From contig NC_017080.1 in assembly GCF_000284115.1 (NCBI RefSeq), forward strand, positions 2,130,001-2,162,000: a stretch of 32,000 bases of DNA. Reading direction: 5' to 3'. The translations under genes were made by a program, and so were the position numbers. The notes under the pieces were generated by a model, which saw only the letters and a program-made list of their open reading frames with translations, had not been told where the DNA came from and made no database searches. The DNA is from Phycisphaera mikurensis NBRC 102666 (lineage in GTDB: Bacteria; Planctomycetota; Phycisphaerae; Phycisphaerales; Phycisphaeraceae). This document shows positions 8,792 through 16,279 of the stretch, piece after piece (the first letter of the stretch is position 1; every line of letters starts with the position of its first letter).

Positions 8792-8806
8792 CCATCGGTC
8801 CGATGG
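8792..8806. promoter_or_regulatory. Perfect 7+1+7 palindrome CCATCGG-T-CCGATGG in the divergent GT-C / fusion-gene intergenic region
   Basis: Read directly from the sequence. The palindrome lies 46 nt from the GT-C start (8746) and 56 nt from the preferred fusion-gene start (8862). The operator role is inference. Confidence 0.3.
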
Positions 8807-8861
8807 GTGCTCTCGCTGCCCCCGGGCTCCGCGCTCCCCCTTCGGACCCGCCGCTCTTCCC

Positions 8862-10745
8862 GTGCCCCAAGACTCGCTCCCACCCCGACCTCCGGACGCC
8901 GCGGACGCGGGACCGCCGCACCTCCTGTCGATCGCGCTGGAAGACTATTTCGATGCGCGGCCCTTCCACCAGCTGATCTCCGAGCGGCACCGCCGCCGGC
9001 TGGAGTCGCGGATCCCGGCCCAGACCGACCGGGTGCTCGCGCTGCTCGACCGCATCGGCGCCCGCGCCACGTTCTTCTCGCTGGGCCGCCTCGCCGAGAC
9101 GCACGGCCCGACCCTGCGGCGGGTGGCGGCGGCGGGGCACGAGGTGGCGGCCCGCGACTGGGACCCGTCGCCGCTGCTGCCCGCGGCGAGCGAGGACGAC
9201 GCGGCGGTGCACGAGCGGCTCGGCGCGGGCGCGCGCCGCAGCCGGTTGGCCCTCGCCGAAGCGAGCGGCACCGCGGTGTGCGGATTCCGCGTCGCCCGCG
9301 GCCGCTTCGGCGTCCGCGGGCTCGGCACGCTGGAGGCGATCGCCGCGGCGGGCTTCGCCTACGACTCCAGCTTCTACCCGAGCCTGCGGGACGGCCGGAC
9401 GCGCCCGCTGGCCCGCTTCCCGTTCGTGTACGAGTCGGCCCGGGGCCCGCTGGTGGAGATGCCCGTCTCCACGTGGGGCCCGCGGCGGCTGACGGTCCCT
9501 CTGGGCGGGGGCAACGTGTTCCGCCAGATGCCCGGCCGCGGCGTGGAGTGGATGCTGCGCGACTACGCCAGCCGCTACACCTCGCCGCTGAACCTCTACT
9601 TCCACGTGTGGGAGTTCGACGAGCAGCTGCCGCGGCTGGGCGTCGGCAGCCGGCTCACGCGGATCCGCCGCTACCGCAACCTCGCCGCGGTCCAGCCGCT
9701 GCTCACTCGGCTGGCGAAGCGGCACCGCTTCATCTCCATCCGCGACTACCTCTGCGGCGACGACGCCCCCGAAGCGGAGCGGGCGGCCTTCCGGCGCGCG
9801 GGGGAGCGCGTGGCCGGGGCTCCCTGTGCGGCCGCGTCCACGGACCGACGCCTGCTCCAAGGCTCGGGCCCGGCCGAGACTCCCGCGCCCCTGCCCGCGG
9901 CCGTACCCGAACCCGAAGCGCCGGACTCCGGCGGGTCCGGCGGGTCCGGCGACGACCTTCCGCCGCTCACGCTGGTCGTGCCCTGCTACGCGGAGGCGGC
10001 GGTGCTGGGCTACACGGCCGAGGCGCTCGGCGAGCTCGAGGCGGCGCTGCAGCCCCGGGCGTTGCGGGTGATCTTCGTCGACGACGCCAGCCCCGACAAC
10101 ACCGCCGCGGAGCTGGAGCGACGCTTCGGCGGCCGCGCGGGCTGGTCGGTGCTGCGGCACCCGCAGAACCGGGGCGTGGCGGCCGCCATCCTCACCGGGC
10201 TCCGTGCCGCCGAGACGGACCTCGTCGCCTCGATGGACTGCGACTGCACCTACGACCCGATGCTCTTCGCGGAGATGATCCCGCGCTTCGAGGAAGCCCG
10301 CCGCCGCGACGACCAAGTGGCCGTGCTGACCGCCTCGCCCTACCACCCCGAGGGCGCGGTCCTCCACGTGCCGGCGTGGCGGCTGGGCCTCTCGCGCGGG
10401 CTTTCGGCCGCGTACCGGCGGCTGCTCGACGCCCCGCTGTACACGTTCACCGCGTGCGTGCGGATCTACCACGGCCCCGCGGTCGCCGGCCTCACGCTCC
10501 GCCACGGCGGCTTCCTGGGGATCGCCGAGGTGGTGGTGGAACTCGACCGCCGCGGCTTCCGGATCCTCGAGCAGCCGGCAACGCTGGAGTCGCGGCTGCT
10601 GGGCACCTCGAAGATGAGAACGCTGCGCACGATCCGGGCCCACCTCGGGCTGCTCCGCCGCGTGGCCGGGCTTCGCCTCCGCGGCCGGTACCGGGTCGGC
10701 GACCGCGGGCCCGGCGTTGCCGGCGCCGAGCCCGCCGGCGGTTGA
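8862..10745 (+). CDS. Fusion protein: an N-terminal NodB-fold polysaccharide deacetylase-like domain (DUF3473/PEP-CTERM-locus type) and a C-terminal family-2 glycosyltransferase (polyprenyl-phosphate sugar synthase-like)
   Basis: The N-terminal domain shows LLSIALEDYFD...ATFFSLGRLAETHGPTLRRVAAAGHEVAARDW...CGFRVARGRF...LNLYFHVWEFDEQ...RHRFISIRDY. After a Pro/Ala/Gly linker, the GT2 domain shows LTLVVPCYAE...VIFVDDASPDNT...QNRGVAAA...SMDCDCTYDP. I prefer the GTG at 8862 as the start. The track's ATG at 8694 would overlap the divergent GT-C start by 53 nt. Confidence 0.85.
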   Translation: MPQDSLPPRPPDAADAGPPHLLSIALEDYFDARPFHQLISERHRRRLESRIPAQTDRVLALLDRIGARATFFSLGRLAETHGPTLRRVAAAGHEVAARDWDPSPLLPAASEDDAAVHERLGAGARRSRLALAEASGTAVCGFRVARGRFGVRGLGTLEAIAAAGFAYDSSFYPSLRDGRTRPLARFPFVYESARGPLVEMPVSTWGPRRLTVPLGGGNVFRQMPGRGVEWMLRDYASRYTSPLNLYFHVWEFDEQLPRLGVGSRLTRIRRYRNLAAVQPLLTRLAKRHRFISIRDYLCGDDAPEAERAAFRRAGERVAGAPCAAASTDRRLLQGSGPAETPAPLPAAVPEPEAPDSGGSGGSGDDLPPLTLVVPCYAEAAVLGYTAEALGELEAALQPRALRVIFVDDASPDNTAAELERRFGGRAGWSVLRHPQNRGVAAAILTGLRAAETDLVASMDCDCTYDPMLFAEMIPRFEEARRRDDQVAVLTASPYHPEGAVLHVPAWRLGLSRGLSAAYRRLLDAPLYTFTACVRIYHGPAVAGLTLRHGGFLGIAEVVVELDRRGFRILEQPATLESRLLGTSKMRTLRTIRAHLGLLRRVAGLRLRGRYRVGDRGPGVAGAEPAGG

Positions 10746-10746
10746 C

Positions 10747-11031
10747 TCAGTCTTCCGGCTTCGGCGCCGGCTCGGCTTGCCGCTGGATCCGCGTCGAGGG
10801 GACGTTGCCCAGCCGCTTGCCGGTCTGCCGCAGCGCCTCGTACTCCGCCCGGCTGATGCGTTCGGTGGTCCCGTCGCTCCGCGTGACCTCGTAGTACCGG
10901 CAGCCGCCCAGCGTCGCCAGCGCGAGGACCACGCAGCCCGCGGTGCGCCCCGAGCGGGAGCCCGCGATGCCCACCGGTCGGCGGCTCGCGGCACCGAACG
11001 GGCCGGCGGCGTGGGTGGAGATCGGCGGCAT
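10747..11031 (-). CDS. Small hypothetical lipoprotein
   Basis: The protein is 94 aa. The lipobox reads VVLALATLGGC, followed by a charged mature part (RYYEVTRSDGTTERISRAEYEALRQTGKRL...). An internal GTG at 10974 would give a more canonical signal peptide of about 24 aa. Confidence 0.6.
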   Translation of the reverse strand: MPPISTHAAGPFGAASRRPVGIAGSRSGRTAGCVVLALATLGGCRYYEVTRSDGTTERISRAEYEALRQTGKRLGNVPSTRIQRQAEPAPKPED

Positions 11032-11144
11032 CGCGCAACGGTAGCGAGCGCCCCCCGCACCGCGACGGGCTTGCCTTTCCGTTGGGCTGCGCTAGCGTCC
11101 GCCCGCACGGCGAGGCGTGCAAACACACTCCCTACTCCCAGGAA

Positions 11145-11885
11145 ATGCAGATGAACGACGAGCCCCAAACCGATCCCTCGGCGACCGAGAAAGCCCGCGG
11201 AAAGCTCGCGGAGCAGGCGGAGGCCGCCGCCGATCACCCCGAGACGCAGAAGGCGAAGAAGTCGCTGACGGACCTGAAGGACCAGGTCGCGGGCCAGGCC
11301 CGCGAGCACGCGGACGCCGCGAAGGAGCGGCTACACGGCCACGCCGAGGAGCGTCGGAACCGCGTGGCCGAGAACCTCCGCGGCGTCGCCTCGGGCCTGA
11401 AGACGGCCGCGGGCGAGATCCGCGAGAAGCCCGAGACCACGGCGTGGCAGGCCGATGGCATCGCCCGCGTCGCGTCGGTGGCGGAGCAGGCGGCGGACTA
11501 CCTCGGTGAGCGCGACACGAAGGAGCTGCTGACCGACGCCCGCGACTACGCCAAGAAGTACCCGCTCGCGACGATCGGCGGGGCCCTCGTGCTGGGTCTC
11601 GTCGGTGCCCGCCTGCTCAACGCCTCCAAGGAGCGGGATCACGGCTCCGCGTCGGGCTCCGCCGCGGCGGGGGCCAGCCGCTTCTCCGGCGGGGTCAGCG
11701 GCTCGTCCGGCGGCGCCGCCGGCGGCTCGGTCGGGGCGGCCGGTGGGTCCGCCAGCCATCCCGCCGCGGATCACGTGCACGGAACGATGACGCCCGCGGC
11801 TCCCGGCCCCTCCGTGCCGGCCGACGTGCCGCCGCCGCCGACGCGCCGCTTCGAGCCCTCGGCTCCGCCACCGACCGGCGCCTGA
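11145..11885 (+). CDS. DUF883 (ElaB/YqjD/YgaM-like) membrane-anchored stress protein with a long Gly/Ser/Ala/Pro tail
   Basis: A helical, charged N-terminal region is followed by the family hallmark ARDYAKKYPLATIGGALVLGLVGARLL (C-terminal TM anchor). I chose the ATG at 11145, which is preceded by AGGAA, over the track start at 11082. Confidence 0.75.
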   Translation: MQMNDEPQTDPSATEKARGKLAEQAEAAADHPETQKAKKSLTDLKDQVAGQAREHADAAKERLHGHAEERRNRVAENLRGVASGLKTAAGEIREKPETTAWQADGIARVASVAEQAADYLGERDTKELLTDARDYAKKYPLATIGGALVLGLVGARLLNASKERDHGSASGSAAAGASRFSGGVSGSSGGAAGGSVGAAGGSASHPAADHVHGTMTPAAPGPSVPADVPPPPTRRFEPSAPPPTGA

Positions 11886-11938
11886 CGCCTCCCGCCGCCC
11901 GCCGCCCGGACCTCCCGCACCTTCGCACCCGACCGACC

Positions 11939-12457
11939 ATGACCGCTCTCGCTGACCCCAACCCCGGCGCCGTTCCCCCGCCCGTCCCCCAGCGTCCCGA
12001 TCTCTCCGCCGCGGATCGCTCCGCCGGCCCCCGCTCCGCGCCACGGGGCCGGCCCGGGTACGCCACGCTCCTCCGCGAGCTGCGGGACGACATGATCCTG
12101 CTCGCCAAGCAGGAGTTCGCCCTCGCCAAGACCGAGACCTCCCGCAACGCGGCGACGATCGCGAGCAACGCGGCGAAGGCGGTCGCGTACGGCGCCCTGG
12201 CCCTGGTCGGCGTCCTGCTGATTCTCGTCGGCCTCTCCTTCGCTCTGGGCTGGCTCTTCACCGAGGCGGGCATGCTCGCGGTGCCGGCCATCGCGTGCGG
12301 TTTCCTGGTCTTCGGCGCCTTCGTGACGATCGTCTTCGCGGTCCTGCTCTACGGAGCCACCAAGACGCTGCGGGAGGCGAACGCGCTGCCGCAACGCAGC
12401 CTCGACTCGCTCAACGCCGACGCGAACCTGGCCGCCCGCGCCGCGTCCGGCCGCTGA
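11939..12457 (+). CDS. Holin-X / YqjE-like (Phage_holin_3_6, DUF1469-type) two-TM membrane protein
   Basis: LLRELRDDMILLAKQEFALAKTETSRNAATIASNAAKAVAYGALALVGVLLILVGLSF...AVPAIACGFLVFGAFVTIVFAVLLY fits the amphipathic-helix plus two-TM layout of this family. The position directly after a DUF883 gene mirrors the known yqjD-yqjE arrangement. Confidence 0.7.
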   Translation: MTALADPNPGAVPPPVPQRPDLSAADRSAGPRSAPRGRPGYATLLRELRDDMILLAKQEFALAKTETSRNAATIASNAAKAVAYGALALVGVLLILVGLSFALGWLFTEAGMLAVPAIACGFLVFGAFVTIVFAVLLYGATKTLREANALPQRSLDSLNADANLAARAASGR

Positions 12458-12501
12458 AGCCGGCCCCGCCGCTCCTCCCCCCACACCCGCTATCCGACGC
12501 C

Positions 12502-13860
12502 ATGACGCCCCACGATCCCGACTACCAGAACCCCCGCACCGCCGACGCGGCCGTGCCCGCTTACGCCGCCGACGACCGCTCGCCACAGGAGATCGACCGC
12601 GACCTCCGCGCGACCCGCGCCCGCATCGACCGCCACCTCGACGAGCTGACGCGGCGGGCGAACCCGATCAACCTCGCGAAGAGCCTGCTCGGTGGATCGT
12701 CGAAGCGGGGCGGCGCCGGCGCCGGCGGCCTCGGCGGCACGCCGGGCAGCGACCGCTCCGACGACGGGGACGCCGCGGACGGCGGCGACGGCGAATCGAC
12801 CTTCGCGGAGGTCCGCGACGCGGTCGTCGACAAAGCCCGCCGCAACCCGATCGGGCTCGCGCTGATCGCCGGCGGCTTGGCCTGGTCCCTCCTCGTCGAG
12901 GACGACCGGGCGGTGCTCGGCCGCGCCCGGGAGGGCTACCACGCCGCCCGTGACCGCGCCGCCGGCGCGATGGGCGGGGACGACGAGAACACGATCCGGC
13001 GGGGCCGTCGGGTCGCCGTCGCGGGCTCGGCGCACCCGATGATGCCTTCGGGACGCTCGACGACGGGCGCTTACGCGGTCGGAGGCTCGGGGTCCTCGTC
13101 CTCCGACGACGACGGGGGGCCGGGCGTCGCCGATCGGCTGAAGTCCGCCGCCTCGGCGGCGGGTTCGCGGGCCTCGTCGGGTGCCGACGCGGCGGGCAAC
13201 GCGGCGTCGGGCTTCGCGTCGTCGGTGGGTGACGCGGCGTCGGGCGCGGCGGAGACGGTCAGCGACGCGGCCTCCTCGATCGGCGGCTTCCTCGGCAGCG
13301 CCGCCAGCCGGCTGCGGACCCGCGGATCCTCCGGCGTCCAGGCCGCCGGCGACACCGGCTCCCGCGTGGTCGGGCGCGGCGGCGACGCCGGCTCCCGCCT
13401 CGTCGAAGCCGCCAAGGCCAACCCGCTGCTCGCCGCCGGCGTCGCCGCCGGGCTCGGGCTGCTGCTCGGCTCGCTGGTGCCCGAGACCCAGGCGGAGGAC
13501 GAGCTGTTCGGCGAGAAGGCGGACGAGCTGAAGGGATCCGCCCGCGAGCGGGCCCAGGAGGCCGCGGAGCAGGCCAAGCAGAAGGCGATGGATGCCGGCG
13601 AACGCGTCAAGGAGGAGGCGCTCGATGCCGGCTCCCGGCTCGCCGACGCCGCGACCGACGCCAAGGAGGACCTCGTCCACGCGGCGTCCGAGGAGCTGCA
13701 GAACGCCTCGGAGAAGGCTCAAGACGCGGTCGACGAGGCCGTGCCGCCGCCCTCCGAAACCGAGGGCAAGATCGACGCGGCGGCCGACCGAGCCGACGAC
13801 GCGGCGGCCGAGGCCTCGCAGAAAGCCGATGACGCCGTCGGGGGCGAGAAGAAAGACTGA
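12502..13860 (+). CDS. DUF3618-domain protein with two TM-like segments, long Ser/Gly/Ala/Asp low-complexity regions and a charged helical C-terminus
   Basis: The N-terminus SPQEIDRDLRATRARIDRHLDELTRRANPINLAKSLL is DUF3618-like. Hydrophobic segments are NPIGLALIAGGLAWSLLV and NPLLAAGVAAGLGLLLGSLV. The C-terminus ERAQEAAEQAKQKAMDAGERVKEEALDAGSRL... is LEA/apolipoprotein-like. I used the ATG at 12502 rather than the track start at 12295. Confidence 0.7.
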   Translation: MTPHDPDYQNPRTADAAVPAYAADDRSPQEIDRDLRATRARIDRHLDELTRRANPINLAKSLLGGSSKRGGAGAGGLGGTPGSDRSDDGDAADGGDGESTFAEVRDAVVDKARRNPIGLALIAGGLAWSLLVEDDRAVLGRAREGYHAARDRAAGAMGGDDENTIRRGRRVAVAGSAHPMMPSGRSTTGAYAVGGSGSSSSDDDGGPGVADRLKSAASAAGSRASSGADAAGNAASGFASSVGDAASGAAETVSDAASSIGGFLGSAASRLRTRGSSGVQAAGDTGSRVVGRGGDAGSRLVEAAKANPLLAAGVAAGLGLLLGSLVPETQAEDELFGEKADELKGSARERAQEAAEQAKQKAMDAGERVKEEALDAGSRLADAATDAKEDLVHAASEELQNASEKAQDAVDEAVPPPSETEGKIDAAADRADDAAAEASQKADDAVGGEKKD

Positions 13861-13876
13861 CGCGTGCGGCGTGGCT

Positions 13877-13910
13877 CCACGGCCGGCCCAACCGGCGAGA
13901 CCGGCCGCGG
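13877..13910 (+). terminator. GC-rich hairpin after the DUF3618 gene (CCACGGCCGG - 14 nt - CCGGCCGCGG)
   Basis: The stem pairs 9 of 10 positions and begins 17 nt after the stop codon. It is followed by GGGGGGGTTGC rather than a T-tract, so this is not a canonical intrinsic terminator. Confidence 0.3.
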
Positions 13911-13985
13911 GGGGGGTTGCAGCGGAGGCGTCACGCCGCGGCGTGGTGGCTTCGTTGGGTCGCGGAGCGGCGGTAGCCTGCCGCC

Positions 13986-15065
13986 GTGAGGCTTCTGTAC
14001 AGCTACGGCCTCGACCTGCCCGCGCCCGTCGCGGCGCCGATCCAGATCCTCCACACGGCTCACGCTCTGGCCGAGCGGGGGGTGGACGTGACGACCGCCT
14101 GGCGGAACGTTGCGGAGCCCGATGCGGTGCTGCGGGAGCTGGGCCTCGGTCCGCACCCGCGGCTGCGGCTGGTGGAGGCCGCGGGCGGCCGCTCGCTCCG
14201 ACGGGCGGCGCGCGGGTGCGACGTGGTGATGTCGCGTGGCGAGCACGGCGTGCGGTCGTACGCCGCCCTCGGAGGCGCCCGGCCGTTCGTGTACGAAACG
14301 CACCGGCCGGTGGTGTCCGCACCCCGGTTTTTCGCTCGCCTCCGCGGCCCGTCGGCCGCCCGGCTGGAGGCGGCCGCGGTGCGTGGCTGCGCCGGGCTCG
14401 TCGGCGTGTCACGCGGAGCCCTCGAGGAGATGCGATCCCGCCACGGCGGCCATGCCCCGGAGCTCGTGCTCCCCAGCGGCACGGACCCGCCCGCGGAGGG
14501 CCCGGAGCCGCCGCGTGACCTCGACGTCGTCTACGCGGGCAAGGTGGAGGCCCGCAAGGGGCTCGGTGTGCTGCTCGAGTCGATGCGGTGCATGCCGGGC
14601 GTGACGCTCGCCGTCGTCGGCGGCAGCGCACCCGAGCTCGCGGCGCTCCGGCCGGCCGTGGCCCGAGCGGAGGCCGCCGGCGCGCGGATCCAACTCGTCG
14701 GCCGGGTCCGACCCGCTGCGGTGCGCGGGTGGTTCCGCCGCGCCCGCGTGGGCGTCTGCCCGCTGCCGCTGGGCCTGAGCGCGACGTCCGAGCGGTTCAC
14801 CAGCCCGATGAAGATCGTGGAGATGATGGCTTGCGGCACGCCGATCGTCGCGAGCGACCTGCCCAGCGTGCGGGAGCTGCTGACCGACGGGGTCAACGCG
14901 AAGCTGGTGCCGCCGAGCGATCCGGCGGCGCTGGCCGCCGCCCTGCGCGGCCTGCTGGACCACCCCGAGCCCGCGCTCGTCGGGCGTGCGCGGACCGACG
15001 CCCTCGGGCTCACCTGGGCAGCGCGGGCCGAGAAGCTCCACCGCTTCCTCGAACGCATCGCCTGA
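13986..15065 (+). CDS. GT-B fold glycosyltransferase, family 4 (Glycos_transf_1)
   Basis: The 359-aa ORF starts at a GTG. The C-terminal half VVYAGKVEARKGLGVLL...LVGRV...SPMKIVEMMACGTPIVASDLPSVRELLTDGVNAKLVPPSDPAALAAAL shows the typical GT4 E-x7-E region. Confidence 0.85.
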   Translation: MRLLYSYGLDLPAPVAAPIQILHTAHALAERGVDVTTAWRNVAEPDAVLRELGLGPHPRLRLVEAAGGRSLRRAARGCDVVMSRGEHGVRSYAALGGARPFVYETHRPVVSAPRFFARLRGPSAARLEAAAVRGCAGLVGVSRGALEEMRSRHGGHAPELVLPSGTDPPAEGPEPPRDLDVVYAGKVEARKGLGVLLESMRCMPGVTLAVVGGSAPELAALRPAVARAEAAGARIQLVGRVRPAAVRGWFRRARVGVCPLPLGLSATSERFTSPMKIVEMMACGTPIVASDLPSVRELLTDGVNAKLVPPSDPAALAAALRGLLDHPEPALVGRARTDALGLTWAARAEKLHRFLERIA

Positions 15066-15271
15066 TCCACGCCCCGCGCCGGGTCCCGCTTCCGCGTCCG
15101 CGGCACCCGCCGCGGCCGCGCAGCGACGCGTTCTTCGACGCTCCCCGCCCAAGCGACGCCCTCCGCGTGCACCGGACGGAGGCTTCCCCACCTCTCCCTC
15201 ATGAACATGAAGTAGCGTCGGCGTTTTGGCGCGTCACGCGTCCATCCGCTGCCCGCCAACCGGCCCCCCGC

Positions 15272-16171
15272 ATGCCCCGACACTTTCTCGAGATCGGCGA
15301 CCTCTCCCGCGACGAGCTCGTCGGCGTCCTCCGCTGTGCCCACGCCCTCCGGAGCGAACGCGACCGCGACGAGCGGACGCAGCCGCTGCGCCGCCGCACG
15401 CTCGCGATGCTCTTCGAGAAGCCGTCGCTGCGGACGCGGGTGAGCTTCGAGCAGGGCATGCTCGAGCTCGGCGGGGCGGCGATCGTGCTCGGCCGCGACG
15501 AGGTCGGGCTCGGCAAGCGTGAGGCCGTCGCCGACGTGGGCCGCGTGCTGGGGGGCATGGTCCACGGGATCGCGGCGCGCGTCTTCGACCACCGCCACCT
15601 CGTCGAGCTCGCGGGGAGCGGGGGGGTGCCGGTGATCAACATGCTGTCCGACCGGCACCACCCGGCGCAGGCGCTCGCCGACGCGCTGACCCTGATGGAC
15701 GCCTTCAGCCCCGGCGAGCCGGAGGGCCTCGCCGGCCGCAAGGTCGCCTTCGTGGGCGACGGCGACAACAACGTCGCCCGCTCGCTCGCCGGGGTCTGCG
15801 CCGCACTCGGCGTCGCCTTCGCCTGCGCTTCCCCCGCCGGCCACCGGCTGGAGGAAGGGCACGGCGACCGCTTCGAGGATCCCCGCGAAGCGGTCGCCGC
15901 GGCCGACGCCGTCTACGCCGACACGTTCGTCTCCATGGGCAGCGAGGACGAGAAGGCCGATCGGCTGGAGGCCTTCGGCCCCTACCGCCTCGACGAGGCG
16001 CTGCTGGATGCCGCGGCCCCGGGCGTGATCGCGTTGCACTGCCTGCCCGCCTACCGCGGCGTCGAGGTGACCAACGGCGTGCTCGACGGCCCCCGGTCCC
16101 GCGTCTTCGAGCAGGCGCACAACCGGCTGCACGCACAGAAGGGCCTGCTGGCCTTCCTCCTCGGCGGCTGA
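15272..16171 (+). CDS. argF: Ornithine carbamoyltransferase
   Basis: This is the tail of the track ORF 14588..16171, starting at the ATG at 15272. The diagnostic motifs are present: FEKPSLRTRVSFE (carbamoyl-phosphate binding), HPAQALAD, FVGDGDNNVARS, DTFVSMG and HCLPAYRGVEV. Confidence 0.92.
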   Translation: MPRHFLEIGDLSRDELVGVLRCAHALRSERDRDERTQPLRRRTLAMLFEKPSLRTRVSFEQGMLELGGAAIVLGRDEVGLGKREAVADVGRVLGGMVHGIAARVFDHRHLVELAGSGGVPVINMLSDRHHPAQALADALTLMDAFSPGEPEGLAGRKVAFVGDGDNNVARSLAGVCAALGVAFACASPAGHRLEEGHGDRFEDPREAVAAADAVYADTFVSMGSEDEKADRLEAFGPYRLDEALLDAAAPGVIALHCLPAYRGVEVTNGVLDGPRSRVFEQAHNRLHAQKGLLAFLLGG

Positions 16172-16279
16172 GGCGGCTGCTTCTTGAGCCCTCGGCCTCC
16201 GACGCATCTTCCGATCACGGGCGATGCCCGGGGGCCGAGCATCTGGCTGGTCGAGTCGAGATGTTCCGAAGGTCGAGCC

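Noticed and set aside
9903-9914. A VPEP motif (AAVPEPEAPD) inside the fusion protein, considered as a PEP-CTERM signal.
   Set aside because: It lies in the inter-domain Pro/Ala linker and is followed by the GT2 domain, not by a TM helix and a basic tail. It is not a sorting signal.
6821-11309. Two giant ORFs of identical length (1357 aa each): 6821..10894 on + and 7236..11309 on -, offset by 415 nt at both ends.
   Set aside because: Both lie in frames different from the motif-supported genes they cross (lipoprotein, GT-C, deacetylase-GT2 fusion, small lipoprotein). Their translations are Arg/Pro/Gly/Ala-rich strings with no recognisable domains, as expected for stop-poor off-frames in very GC-rich DNA. 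I treat the equal length as coincidence.
11939-12457. The holin-family membrane protein, considered as evidence of a prophage lysis cassette.
   Set aside because: There is no endolysin, spanin, terminase, capsid or integrase gene nearby. The DUF883 and DUF3618 neighbours match the chromosomal yqjD-yqjE-type stress module.
15200-15217. The AT-rich CATGAACATGAAGTAGCG segment about 55-70 nt upstream of argF, considered as an ArgR ARG box.
   Set aside because: Only one half (ATGAAC) resembles the TGAAT half-site. The expected inverted ATTCA half is missing. It may be a promoter element, but I cannot support an operator call.
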